A DNA stretch of 64,000 nt, from assembly GCA_020348925.1 (NCBI GenBank), contig CP070758.1, positions 2,557,688-2,621,687 on the forward strand. Direction: 5' to 3'. The translations under genes and the position numbers were made by a program. The notes under the pieces were generated by a model, which saw only the letters and a program-made list of their open reading frames with translations, was not told the DNA's origin and ran no database searches. Of this stretch, positions 30,427 through 39,950 are shown in pieces. This stretch comes from Gemmatimonadota bacterium (GTDB lineage: Bacteria > JBHIER01 > G020348925). The first letter of the stretch is position 1. The number at the start of each line of letters is the position of its first letter.

Positions 30427-33393
30427 ATGAGGTGTTTCCGCATCGGTATCGTTTGTATTCTTCTTGCTGTTCTTTTTTTCACATTGAGTACGATCGCCCA
30501 GAGCGCGAGACCTTTTTTGGTGAAGGTCTCCCGGGACAATCCGTCCGCAGTTTCAGTGCTTCGAGAACAGGGAACTCCGGTTCACTATAAATTCGAAAAA
30601 TGGTTCATTGCTCAAGCCGGCGCAGCCGATCTTGAGCAATTCGAAAGCCATGGGATAGAATTCGACGTGCTTGATGAAACGGCGTGGACGCAACCGTATT
30701 ATGTGCTCCAGAGACCTCAGCGAAAGGAGCTTGGTGTCCTTCCCGATTTGGGCCGAATTCTATTCCAAGATAGGATCCAGGCTCTTGTCAAGATCGAGAG
30801 TGATGACGCCCTTGAGCTGGCCCGGGCAGGCTTTCAGTTGACAAAAATTTTTCAAAAAGGGCTCCCTCTTTTTGGAGAGCGTTCGGAAAGGGCGCCTCGT
30901 TTACGGGCGAAACGGCACACTGAAGATGTCATCGGAGCTCTTGTCAATCAGGTCTCTCAGGAGAGTGTGCAGTCGTATGTCCAGACCCTTCAGGATTTTC
31001 AGACGAGGCTGTGGGCCAGTGAGCCGATCTGGCCGGCATCTCAGTGGATATACGATACATTCGTCGAATTGGGCTACGCGGACGTCGCGTTTGAAAACTT
31101 CGTCGTACCCGGACAGGCAAATGTGTGGTTTCAACCCGGTTACGATGTTACTGTGCGAAATGTCGTGGCCACAAAGCCCGGAATCCTTTATCCGGATATC
31201 GTGTATATTATCGGCGGCCATTATGACTCCATTAATCTTGACGGGATAGACACGTTCGTCTGGGCTCCCGGTGCTGACGACAACGCCTCCGGTGCGGTGG
31301 GAGCTCTCGAGGCGGCTCGCGTTCTGGCGGATATCCAACTCGATTGTACGGTGAAATTTGCCTGCTGGACCGCTGAGGAGATCGGTCTTCGCGGCAGCCG
31401 CCATTATGCTGAGAACGCCTACGATCAAGGGGAGAATATCGCCCTTTACATCAATTACGATATGATCGGAAATCTTAGTGAGAACGATCCTGTACGCGAT
31501 ATCAATATCGGCATGAGTTCGGGCGCCCAAGAGCACTGTGATCTCATGGTGCAGATGATCAATCAATACACGACACTGGTGCCGAATACGTATGTGACTT
31601 ACGGTGGCGGCAGCGATCACAGTCCTTTTATCCAGTACGGCTTCGATATCCTCTACGCCGAGGAGGGAGACTTCAGTCCTCACTGGCACCGGTCGACGGA
31701 CATCGTTGAGAATATGGATATCCCGTATTTCTGCGAAGTGGTCAAAATGGGTCTGGCCACGCTGGCCGCAGCCGCCGGCCCTCCCGAATCCTATCCTGAG
31801 CCTGTTCTCGCATATGACAGCTCGATCATGGATGATGACAATGAAGGCGGGAGCTGCGGCAATCATAACGGCTACTTTGACCCGGGGGAGACAGTCCAGA
31901 TCTCCGTTGCCTTAATCAACTACGGAGGTTCGCCAGCGAATGATGTGCATGGTGCACTTGACATAAACGATCCCTATGTCAGTCTCGTCGATTGTGAGGG
32001 ATCTTTTGGAGATATCAGTTCAGGGGCATCGAGTACGAGCCTGAAGCAATTCTGTTTTGATATATCGGAGCATTGTCCGATTGGACATTGCCTCAATTTC
32101 AGTCTCGATGTTACCGCCGCCGGAGGGTACGAATGGACGACGTATTTCACCGTGCAGGTCACACTGCCTGACATTGTTTACAATTCTTTCAGTTTTGAAG
32201 AGATCGCAGGAAACGGTGATGGCATGCTCAACCCCGGAGAGACGGTGAACCTCAAGATTCTTTTAAACAACAGAGGTTTACGAGGAGCGTCCGGAATCAC
32301 CCTTGAGCTTGAAACTGATGACCCGGATATAACGGTTTCGGATAGGATGTCCCTTTTCCCTGATATCGGCATTGATGCGGTTGTCACGAACAGCGATGAT
32401 CCTTTCACTTTTTCTGTCAGTGAAGATGCGGAGTGCCTTCCCGTTGTCTTCACCCTCCATCTCACAGAGGGAGACGGATATTACGAGACGGACCTGACGT
32501 TTCGGTTGCTCGTCGGACAGTGTCTGGTTCTTCTGGTACCTGATGACGGTGGCGCCAACAACGGTGCATCCTACATTGAAGCCTTTCGAAACTTAGGTGT
32601 TCCTTTTGTCGTCGACGAGCTTCACGGTACCGTTGACACCCGTTTCAACAGATTGAGTGACTATTCGGAGGTCATCTGGTTCACCGGAGCCGAGGAGAGC
32701 AATACACTCTCTCAAGAGGATCAGAACAACCTTGAGGCCTTTCTTGATGGCGGTGGCAGATTGTTCATATCCGGGAGCATGATAGGTTATGAAATGGGGC
32801 ATACACCATTCTATCGAAACTATCTCCACGGGGATCATGTTTCCTTCCTGACGATGCTTCATCACTTGGACGGTTCGGCCTCGAACCCGGTCGTCGGGGA
32901 GAGAGAAATCAGGCTGGCGTCGTTTGGCAGGAACGCTCAGGGATTTGCCGGTGAGACAGACCCCATCAGTCCGGCCGTTTCAATATTCGATTATGATCGG
33001 GCTACAGAGGAGGGGTCTGGCATTATCAGATCAAGCGGGAGTGGCGCATTGGCGGTGGAGACGGCGGTGTACAAGGTCGTCTATTTCTCCTTTGGCCTGG
33101 AAGGTGTTGAACCCTTCGAGGATCGCGTTCGGGTCTTGGCCGATGTGTTGGCCTGGTTCAAGGAACCGGGTATAGCTAAGGGCGATGTGGACGGGAATGG
33201 TACGACTGATATTATTGATGCTGTACTGACAGTGAATATTGTCTTGGGTGTGCATCAACCGGACGAAGGGGAATCGGCCCGTGCTGACATGAATTACGAT
33301 GGTGCCATTGACGTTCTTGATGCGATCAAAGTCGTCAGCGCCGTCCTTGGCAGCAGCGCAAAAGGTGCCCTTAGCGCTTCAAAGGATTCGTAA
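30427..33393 (+). CDS. Secreted M28 peptidase-dockerin (copy 5)
   Basis: SD AAGGAG; GGHYDS, GADDNASG, AEEIG, NYDM, GSDH; dockerin. Confidence 0.92.
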   Translation: MRCFRIGIVCILLAVLFFTLSTIAQSARPFLVKVSRDNPSAVSVLREQGTPVHYKFEKWFIAQAGAADLEQFESHGIEFDVLDETAWTQPYYVLQRPQRKELGVLPDLGRILFQDRIQALVKIESDDALELARAGFQLTKIFQKGLPLFGERSERAPRLRAKRHTEDVIGALVNQVSQESVQSYVQTLQDFQTRLWASEPIWPASQWIYDTFVELGYADVAFENFVVPGQANVWFQPGYDVTVRNVVATKPGILYPDIVYIIGGHYDSINLDGIDTFVWAPGADDNASGAVGALEAARVLADIQLDCTVKFACWTAEEIGLRGSRHYAENAYDQGENIALYINYDMIGNLSENDPVRDINIGMSSGAQEHCDLMVQMINQYTTLVPNTYVTYGGGSDHSPFIQYGFDILYAEEGDFSPHWHRSTDIVENMDIPYFCEVVKMGLATLAAAAGPPESYPEPVLAYDSSIMDDDNEGGSCGNHNGYFDPGETVQISVALINYGGSPANDVHGALDINDPYVSLVDCEGSFGDISSGASSTSLKQFCFDISEHCPIGHCLNFSLDVTAAGGYEWTTYFTVQVTLPDIVYNSFSFEEIAGNGDGMLNPGETVNLKILLNNRGLRGASGITLELETDDPDITVSDRMSLFPDIGIDAVVTNSDDPFTFSVSEDAECLPVVFTLHLTEGDGYYETDLTFRLLVGQCLVLLVPDDGGANNGASYIEAFRNLGVPFVVDELHGTVDTRFNRLSDYSEVIWFTGAEESNTLSQEDQNNLEAFLDGGGRLFISGSMIGYEMGHTPFYRNYLHGDHVSFLTMLHHLDGSASNPVVGEREIRLASFGRNAQGFAGETDPISPAVSIFDYDRATEEGSGIIRSSGSGALAVETAVYKVVYFSFGLEGVEPFEDRVRVLADVLAWFKEPGIAKGDVDGNGTTDIIDAVLTVNIVLGVHQPDEGESARADMNYDGAIDVLDAIKVVSAVLGSSAKGALSASKDS

Positions 33394-33427
33394 GCGATAT
33401 GGATATAGCTGTTGCCGGATCACATCT

Positions 33428-33491
33428 GAGAGAGGGAGTTCTGTCGCACGACGAGACAAAGCATGGCTTCGCAGGACGAGCTCTCTTTTTT
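33428..33491 (+). terminator. Long-stem intrinsic terminator (paralogous to 30087-30149)
   Basis: GAGAGAGGGAGTTC...GAGCTCTCTTTTTT. Confidence 0.7.
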
Positions 33492-33593
33492 ATATTTCAA
33501 AAGGCAAGATACCGGCTTTTGTTTCGGACGGTGTTGTAAAAGCAGTACTTGGGTCAAGGGACCGATCGCAGATTTCGAAATATTGGAAAAACC

Positions 33594-33680
33594 TTGACAT
33601 CCAAGGAGGCGCGCTATAATTTTAGTGCGCCATGAAGGGAGAGGCGATCCTGGGAGTATACAATCCCCTACTTTACTCCC
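33594..33680 (+). promoter_or_regulatory. Promoter TTGACA-N17-TAATTT plus conserved two-hairpin 5' leader (copy B)
   Basis: TTGACA at 33594, TAATTT at 33617, GCGCC..GGGAGAGGCG, GGGAGTA..TACTCCC. Confidence 0.7.
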
Positions 33681-33772
33681 CTGTATTTAAAGGACTTCGC
33701 TGTTTTATTCCAGAGACGAAAGCGTTGTTCTTTCAATCATATTTCTCATTTTTCACGAAAGGAGAGGACGTG

Positions 33773-36739
33773 ATGAGGTGTTTCCGTATGGCTGTTCCTT
33801 TTGTTCTTCTGACCATTCTTTTTTCTGTCCTTGGAGCGGTTTCTGAGGGGGAGAGACCTTTTCTGGTAAAAATTTCCAGGAGTGATCCCTCCGCCGTGAC
33901 AGTGCTTCGAGAGCGGGGAATCCCGGTACATTTCAAGTTGCAAAAATGGTATATCGCCAGCGCTGAGAAAGCCGATCTCGAGCGGTTCGAGGCGGTTGGC
34001 ATGGTCTATGATGTCCTTGATGAGGAGGCCTGGACACAACCCTATTATGTGATGAACAGGCCCGGCAGACAAGAACTTGGGAGCCTTCCTGATGTTGGCA
34101 CGGTGCTGTTTCAAGACAATATGAAAGCTCTGGTGAAAATCGGGAGCGACGAAGCGCTGGAACTGGCTCGCTCCGGTTTTCAGTTCACGAAAATTTTCCA
34201 AAAAGCACTTCCGCTGTTCGATCCGGAGACCGAAGAGGCGCCTCGCATACGAGCGAGGCGTCAGACCGAAAACGTCATCGGAGCCATAGTCAATCAGGTC
34301 TCGCAGGCGACTATTCAGTCGTATGTCCAGAGTCTTCAGGATTTTCAGACGAGGCTGTGGGCCAGCGAACCGATCTGGCCGGCGTCTCAGTGGATCTATG
34401 ACAAATTCATCGAGTTCGGGTACACGGATGTCGTCTTCGAAGAGTTTATCGTATCCGGTGAGGACTATGTCTGGTATCAACCCGGTTATGATGTGGCCGT
34501 GCGGAATGTCATTGCCACAAAACCCGGGGTGCTCTATCCGGATATCGTTTATATCATCGGCGGCCATTATGATTCCATTGTCATCGACGGGGTGACAGAT
34601 CCGTACGTTTGGGCTCCTGGGGCCAACGACAATGCCACCGGCACTGTGGGTGCCATGGAGGCGGCTCGGATTTTGGCCGATGTCGATCTCGATTGCACGG
34701 TGAAATTTGCGGCCTGGACCGCCGAAGAGATTGGCCTTTACGGTGCGGAGTATTATGCTGAGAACGCGCACCAGCGGGGGGAGAATATTGCGCTGTACAT
34801 CAATTACGATATGATCGCAAATCTCGACGAGAGCGATCCCGTCCGGGACATTAATATTGGTAGGAGTTCGGGCGCGGAAGCTTACAGCGATCTCATGGTG
34901 CAGATGATCAATCAATACACAACGCTGGTTCCAGATCCCTACATCACAGGAAGCGGCGGGAGTGATCACGGTCCTTTTATGCAGTACGGCTACGATATCC
35001 TGTACGCGTCGGAGGGCGACTTCAGTCCCCACTGGCACGAGCCGACGGACGTTGTCGACAATATGGATATCCCTTACTTTTGTGAGGTGGTCAAAATGGG
35101 ATTGGCCACCTTGGCCACCCTGGCCGGACCGCCTGAGTCGTTTCCGGAACCACTGATTGCTTTTGAGGACTACGAGATGGATGACGACGATGAGGGAGGG
35201 AGCACGGGGAACGAGAACGGCTATTTTGATGCCGGTGAAACCGTTCAGGTTTCACTCGCCTTGCACAACTACGGTGATGCTCAGGCAAATAATGTGAGCG
35301 GTCGGCTGTATACCGACGATCCACTCGTGACCGTTTTGGACGACGAGGTCTCTTTCGGAAATATTCCTTCAGGCGGATCTGTGATGAGCCAGGGACAATT
35401 TCGCTTTGCCATATCTGAGGAGTGTCCGAACGGTCGGTATCTCAATTTTTCCCTCGATGCCAGCGCAAGTGATGGATACGAATGGACGACATACTTCACC
35501 GCACGCGTCGCCCAGCCTGATTTTGTGTACCATACGTTCGATTTCGAAGAAACGGTTGGAGATGGAGATGGCGTTCTCGATCCCGGTGAGACCATAAGCT
35601 TGAAACTTTTCATTGGGAACACGGGATTGCGAGGCGGTTCGGGTATTACTGCTGAGCTTGAGACCGATGATGCGGACGTATCGATTACGGACAACGAGGC
35701 AGTTTTTCCTGACTTGGCCCTTGGTGCTACGGTAGAGAATAGTGATCCCTTCAAATTTTCTATCAGTCAGGACGCTGCATTTCACGCCATTCTTTTTACC
35801 GTTCGTCTTTCCGAAGGGGAAGGATATTATGAGACGGAATTGAATTTTCGCTTGCTCATAGGCCAGGGTCCAGTGCTGCTTGTTCCCGACGACGGTGGTA
35901 CCGGTAACGAAGGGTATTACATTGAGGCGTTTCAAAGCCTGGGTGTTCCGTATGAAGTTGCTGAAGTCCAGGGTGTTGCCAAGACCGTTTCGAGTGGACT
36001 TCTTGACTATTCGGAAGTGATCTGGTTCACCGGCGCTGCGGAGAGCAACACCCTGACCCCTGATGATCAGAGCGATCTTGAAACCTTTCTCAACGGCGGT
36101 GGCAGGCTGCTTCTCTCCGGGAGCATGATCGGTTATGAAACTGGGAACACTTCGTTCTACAGGGAATATCTCCACGGTGACTACGTCTCTTTCATCACAA
36201 TGCTTCATCACCTCAATGGTGTGCCGTCAAACCCCGTGGTGGGCGGATATACCATTACGCTCACAGCGGAGGGTTCGAACGCTCAGGGGTTTGCCGGTGA
36301 GACGGATCCCATCAGTCCAGCCGTTTCGATTTTCAATTATGATCGGAGCACAGAGGAGGGACCGGGTCTCATCAGGTCGAGCGGCAGCGGTGCGTTGACA
36401 GTGGAGACGTCGGTTTACAAAGTCGTCTATTTCTCATTTGGCGTCGAAGGGATCGAGCCACTGGAGGATCGCGTCCAAGTTTTGGCGGATGTCTTATCGT
36501 GGTTCAAGGAGCCGGGAGTGAACAAAGGCGATGTGGACGGGAACGGGACGACGGATATCATTGATGCTGTTGTCGCCGTGAATATTGTCCTGGGGATGCT
36601 GCAACCGGATGAAGGGCAGAGGGCTCGGGCTGATATGAATTACGATGGTGCGATTGATATCCTCGATGTTGTCAAAGTCGTGAACGCCGTGTTGGGAAGT
36701 AGTGGAAAAGTCGCAGGTGGTGTGTCCACGGATATGTAA
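33773..36739 (+). CDS. Secreted M28 peptidase-dockerin (copy 6)
   Basis: SD AAGGAG before GTG/ATG at 33770/33773; GGHYDS, GANDNATG, AEEIG, GSDH; dockerin. Confidence 0.92.
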   Translation: MRCFRMAVPFVLLTILFSVLGAVSEGERPFLVKISRSDPSAVTVLRERGIPVHFKLQKWYIASAEKADLERFEAVGMVYDVLDEEAWTQPYYVMNRPGRQELGSLPDVGTVLFQDNMKALVKIGSDEALELARSGFQFTKIFQKALPLFDPETEEAPRIRARRQTENVIGAIVNQVSQATIQSYVQSLQDFQTRLWASEPIWPASQWIYDKFIEFGYTDVVFEEFIVSGEDYVWYQPGYDVAVRNVIATKPGVLYPDIVYIIGGHYDSIVIDGVTDPYVWAPGANDNATGTVGAMEAARILADVDLDCTVKFAAWTAEEIGLYGAEYYAENAHQRGENIALYINYDMIANLDESDPVRDINIGRSSGAEAYSDLMVQMINQYTTLVPDPYITGSGGSDHGPFMQYGYDILYASEGDFSPHWHEPTDVVDNMDIPYFCEVVKMGLATLATLAGPPESFPEPLIAFEDYEMDDDDEGGSTGNENGYFDAGETVQVSLALHNYGDAQANNVSGRLYTDDPLVTVLDDEVSFGNIPSGGSVMSQGQFRFAISEECPNGRYLNFSLDASASDGYEWTTYFTARVAQPDFVYHTFDFEETVGDGDGVLDPGETISLKLFIGNTGLRGGSGITAELETDDADVSITDNEAVFPDLALGATVENSDPFKFSISQDAAFHAILFTVRLSEGEGYYETELNFRLLIGQGPVLLVPDDGGTGNEGYYIEAFQSLGVPYEVAEVQGVAKTVSSGLLDYSEVIWFTGAAESNTLTPDDQSDLETFLNGGGRLLLSGSMIGYETGNTSFYREYLHGDYVSFITMLHHLNGVPSNPVVGGYTITLTAEGSNAQGFAGETDPISPAVSIFNYDRSTEEGPGLIRSSGSGALTVETSVYKVVYFSFGVEGIEPLEDRVQVLADVLSWFKEPGVNKGDVDGNGTTDIIDAVVAVNIVLGMLQPDEGQRARADMNYDGAIDILDVVKVVNAVLGSSGKVAGGVSTDM

Positions 36740-36780
36740 GTTTGAGTCCGTCGTTTGAAGAACATTTTGTACAATCCAAG

Positions 36781-36846
36781 AAGGGGGTATACTTTTACAA
36801 CGCCTTCCGAAGTGATGATGTAGAAGTACACCCCTTTCCTTTTTTT
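36781..36846 (+). terminator. Long-stem hairpin with U-tract
   Basis: AAGGGGGTATACTTTTACA...TGTAGAAGTACACCCCTT followed by a T run. Confidence 0.65.
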
Positions 36847-36931
36847 CAACGTATTTGAAAAAAGGTGAAGGAAGGAAATCGAAAGAGCTGTTTGTGCACG
36901 AGGGATCAAGATCCCCAGAAGGAGACATACG

Positions 36932-39874
36932 ATGCCCAAGAATGCGGGCCTTATTCTGAGACGAATTTTCGCATGCTGCTTCGTCAGTGTGATGTGTGTT
37001 CTGACGCTTGCCGCACAGGAATCTCGGCCGTATTTGGTCAAGGTTTCTCGGGGTGATGCGTCTTCAGTTTCAACACTCCGGGACCGTGGGATTCCGGTTC
37101 ATTTTAAGTTGGAGCAATGGTACATAGCGAGCGCTGGCCAGGACGATCTTGAACGGTTCGAACAACAGGGGATAGACTACGGCGTGCTTGATGAGGAAGC
37201 CTGGAGCCAATCATATTACCTGATAAACAGGCCGGATAGGAAAGAGCTCGGCACCATGCCTGACGTCGGCACGGTGGTTTTTCAGGACTCTGTCAAGGCC
37301 ATTGTAAAGATCGATCGTCAGGGTGCTGTGGACCTGGCCCGGTCGGATTTTCAGCTGACAAGAATTTATCAGAAAGCACTTCCTCTTCTCGACGATCAGG
37401 AGCGCGAGACAGTACGCCTCAAAGAGAGGCATCGCACCGAGGATGTCATAGGGGCGATTGTCAACCAAGTTTCACAAGCAACGATTCAGTCGTATGTCCA
37501 ACGACTCCAGGATTACGGGACGAGGCTGTACGCCAGCGATTCAATCTGGGTGGCCTCTCAGTGGATGTACGATCTCTTCATCGAGTTCGGTTACACGGAT
37601 GTTGTCTTCGACGATTTCATCATACCCGAAGAGGAAGACGACTACTATCAGCCCGGATACGATGTTCCGGTTCGAAATGTGGTTGCGACGAAACCCGGGG
37701 TTCTCTATCCTGATGTCGTTATCATCATTGGGGGTCATTACGACTCCATTGTTTTTGACGGAACAGATCCGTACGTCTGGGCCCCGGGAGCGAACGACAA
37801 TGCCTCTGGGACGGTAGGAGCATTGGAGGCAGCCCGAATACTGGCCGATATCGACCTTGATTGTACGGTCAAATTTGCCTGCTGGACCGCGGAAGAGATC
37901 GGCCTCGAGGGTGCCTGGCATTATGCTGAAAATGCCTACAATCGAGGGGAGAACATTGTCCTCTATATCAATTACGATATGATCGCGAATCTCGACGAGA
38001 GCGATCCTGTGCGGGATATTAACATTGGCAGAAGTTCCGGCGCCCAAACCTTCGGTGATCTCATGGTGCAGATGGCCCATCAGTACACGTCATTGGTTCC
38101 GAGTCCTTATGTCACTTCAGGAGGCGGCAGCGATCATGCTCCTTTTATCCAGTACGATTACGATATCCTGTACGCTTCGGAGGGTGATTTCAGCCCCCAC
38201 TGGCACAGGGCGACGGATGTCGTCGAAAATATGGACATCCCCTACTTTTCTGAAGCGGTCAAAATGGGTTTGGCCACTCTGGTATCCGTCGCCGGTCCGC
38301 CGGAATCCTTTCCCGATCCCATGATTGCTTTTCATGACTATGAGATGGATGATGATAGTGAGGGCGGCAGTGTCGGCAATGGAAATGGGTACTTTGATGC
38401 TGGTGAGACGATTCAGGTGACCCTGACATTGCATAATTACGGGGACACTCAGGCTGATGATGTGAGCGGAATTTTATCGACGAACAATACCCATGTCACG
38501 CTCTTGGACGATGTCCAGACCTTTGGAGACATCCCCTCAGGGGAGACACGGGAGAGCGCGGGACAATTTCGTTTCGCCATCTCGCAGAATGCACCGAATG
38601 GACGATATATCAATTTCTCCGTTGATGCAACGTCTTCGAGCGGTCAGAGCTGGACGACGTATTTTTCAGTGCGCATCGAGCAACCTTCTTTTATGTACCA
38701 TACCTATGGCTACGACGAGATCGAGGGGAATGGTGATGGTGTCCTCGATGCCGGTGAGACCGTGGATGTGTATGTGCTCATAGAGAATACAGGACTCAGG
38801 AGTACCTCTGGAATATCGGTTGCCCTGGAGTCCGACGATCCAGACGTGACGATCTTGGATGATCAGGCGGTATTTCCTGATATGGGGGTGCATGTTCAGG
38901 CTGACAACAGAAGTGATCCCTTCACGTTTTCTTTGAGTCGAGATGCGGCTCCTCATGCCATCGAGTTTGCCGTGCACGTCTCCGAAGGAGAGGGATACTT
39001 TCAGACAGATATACCCTTTCGCATACTCATCGGCCAAGGAACGGTTTTGCTCGTCGTGGATGACGGAGGCGTGGATAATTCGGAGTATTATACTCAGGCA
39101 CTGAAACACATGGGTGTCATGTATGACGTGCGCACCATGGAAGCACGGGGTAAGATTGTGGTGGATGATCTGTCCGAATATGATGACGTCATTTGGTTTA
39201 CAGGGGCCATCGGGATGGAGACGTTGACCGAGGAAGATCAGGTGACATTGGCCGATTACCTTGATGGCGGAGGGCATCTTTTTCTCTCAGGTAATTTGAT
39301 CGGCTTTGATATCGGTACGACGCCTTTCTATCATGACTATCTCCACGCCAAGTACGTTCATTTCTTCACCCGTCTTCATCATCTCAAGGGTGTTTCTTCC
39401 AATCCGGTGGTCGATAATATGCCCATCATGTTAGCCGCAGACGGTGAAAACCTGCAGTCCTTTACCGGAGAGACGGATCCTGTTCCACCTGCGTTCTCAG
39501 TCTTCAATTACGATCGGGAGACTGATGAAGGCCCGGGAGATATTCGCTCCTCGGGGAGTGGAGCCTTGGCCTTTGAGAATGAGCAGTACAAACTCGTGTA
39601 TTGTTCCTTCGGTTTTGAGGGCGTAGAACCTTTTGAACAACGAGTGGCTCTTTTGAGCAAGGTCTTGACCTGGTTCAGAGCACCTGTGATGGTGAGGGGC
39701 GATGTGAACGGCGATGGCCTGTTCAACGTTTTGGACGTGGTCTTCTGCGTGAAGATTTCCTTGGAACTGTATGATCCCAGCCGTGAGGAATTTACACAGA
39801 GCGATGTGAATTACGATGGATCTGTGGATGTCTTTGATGTTATGGGAATAGTATACCGAAGCATTCACAAATGA
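36932..39874 (+). CDS. Secreted M28 peptidase-dockerin (copy 7; divergent C-terminal module and dockerin)
   Basis: GGHYDS, GANDNASG, AEEIG, GSDH; dockerin GDVNGDGLFNVLDVV...SDVNYDGSVDVFDV. Confidence 0.92.
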   Translation: MPKNAGLILRRIFACCFVSVMCVLTLAAQESRPYLVKVSRGDASSVSTLRDRGIPVHFKLEQWYIASAGQDDLERFEQQGIDYGVLDEEAWSQSYYLINRPDRKELGTMPDVGTVVFQDSVKAIVKIDRQGAVDLARSDFQLTRIYQKALPLLDDQERETVRLKERHRTEDVIGAIVNQVSQATIQSYVQRLQDYGTRLYASDSIWVASQWMYDLFIEFGYTDVVFDDFIIPEEEDDYYQPGYDVPVRNVVATKPGVLYPDVVIIIGGHYDSIVFDGTDPYVWAPGANDNASGTVGALEAARILADIDLDCTVKFACWTAEEIGLEGAWHYAENAYNRGENIVLYINYDMIANLDESDPVRDINIGRSSGAQTFGDLMVQMAHQYTSLVPSPYVTSGGGSDHAPFIQYDYDILYASEGDFSPHWHRATDVVENMDIPYFSEAVKMGLATLVSVAGPPESFPDPMIAFHDYEMDDDSEGGSVGNGNGYFDAGETIQVTLTLHNYGDTQADDVSGILSTNNTHVTLLDDVQTFGDIPSGETRESAGQFRFAISQNAPNGRYINFSVDATSSSGQSWTTYFSVRIEQPSFMYHTYGYDEIEGNGDGVLDAGETVDVYVLIENTGLRSTSGISVALESDDPDVTILDDQAVFPDMGVHVQADNRSDPFTFSLSRDAAPHAIEFAVHVSEGEGYFQTDIPFRILIGQGTVLLVVDDGGVDNSEYYTQALKHMGVMYDVRTMEARGKIVVDDLSEYDDVIWFTGAIGMETLTEEDQVTLADYLDGGGHLFLSGNLIGFDIGTTPFYHDYLHAKYVHFFTRLHHLKGVSSNPVVDNMPIMLAADGENLQSFTGETDPVPPAFSVFNYDRETDEGPGDIRSSGSGALAFENEQYKLVYCSFGFEGVEPFEQRVALLSKVLTWFRAPVMVRGDVNGDGLFNVLDVVFCVKISLELYDPSREEFTQSDVNYDGSVDVFDVMGIVYRSIHK

Positions 39875-39875
39875 A

Positions 39876-39927
39876 CCCTGCGGCATCCGCAGGGAAAACG
39901 AGACAGCACCTCTGTCCGTGCTGTCTC
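39876..39927. other. Two adjacent perfect hairpins in the intergenic spacer
   Basis: CCCTGCGG-cat-CCGCAGGG and GAGACAGCAC-N8-GTGCTGTCTC; no + strand U-tract. Confidence 0.6.
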
Positions 39928-39950
39928 ACTCTTTGAAAGAGAGGATACCG

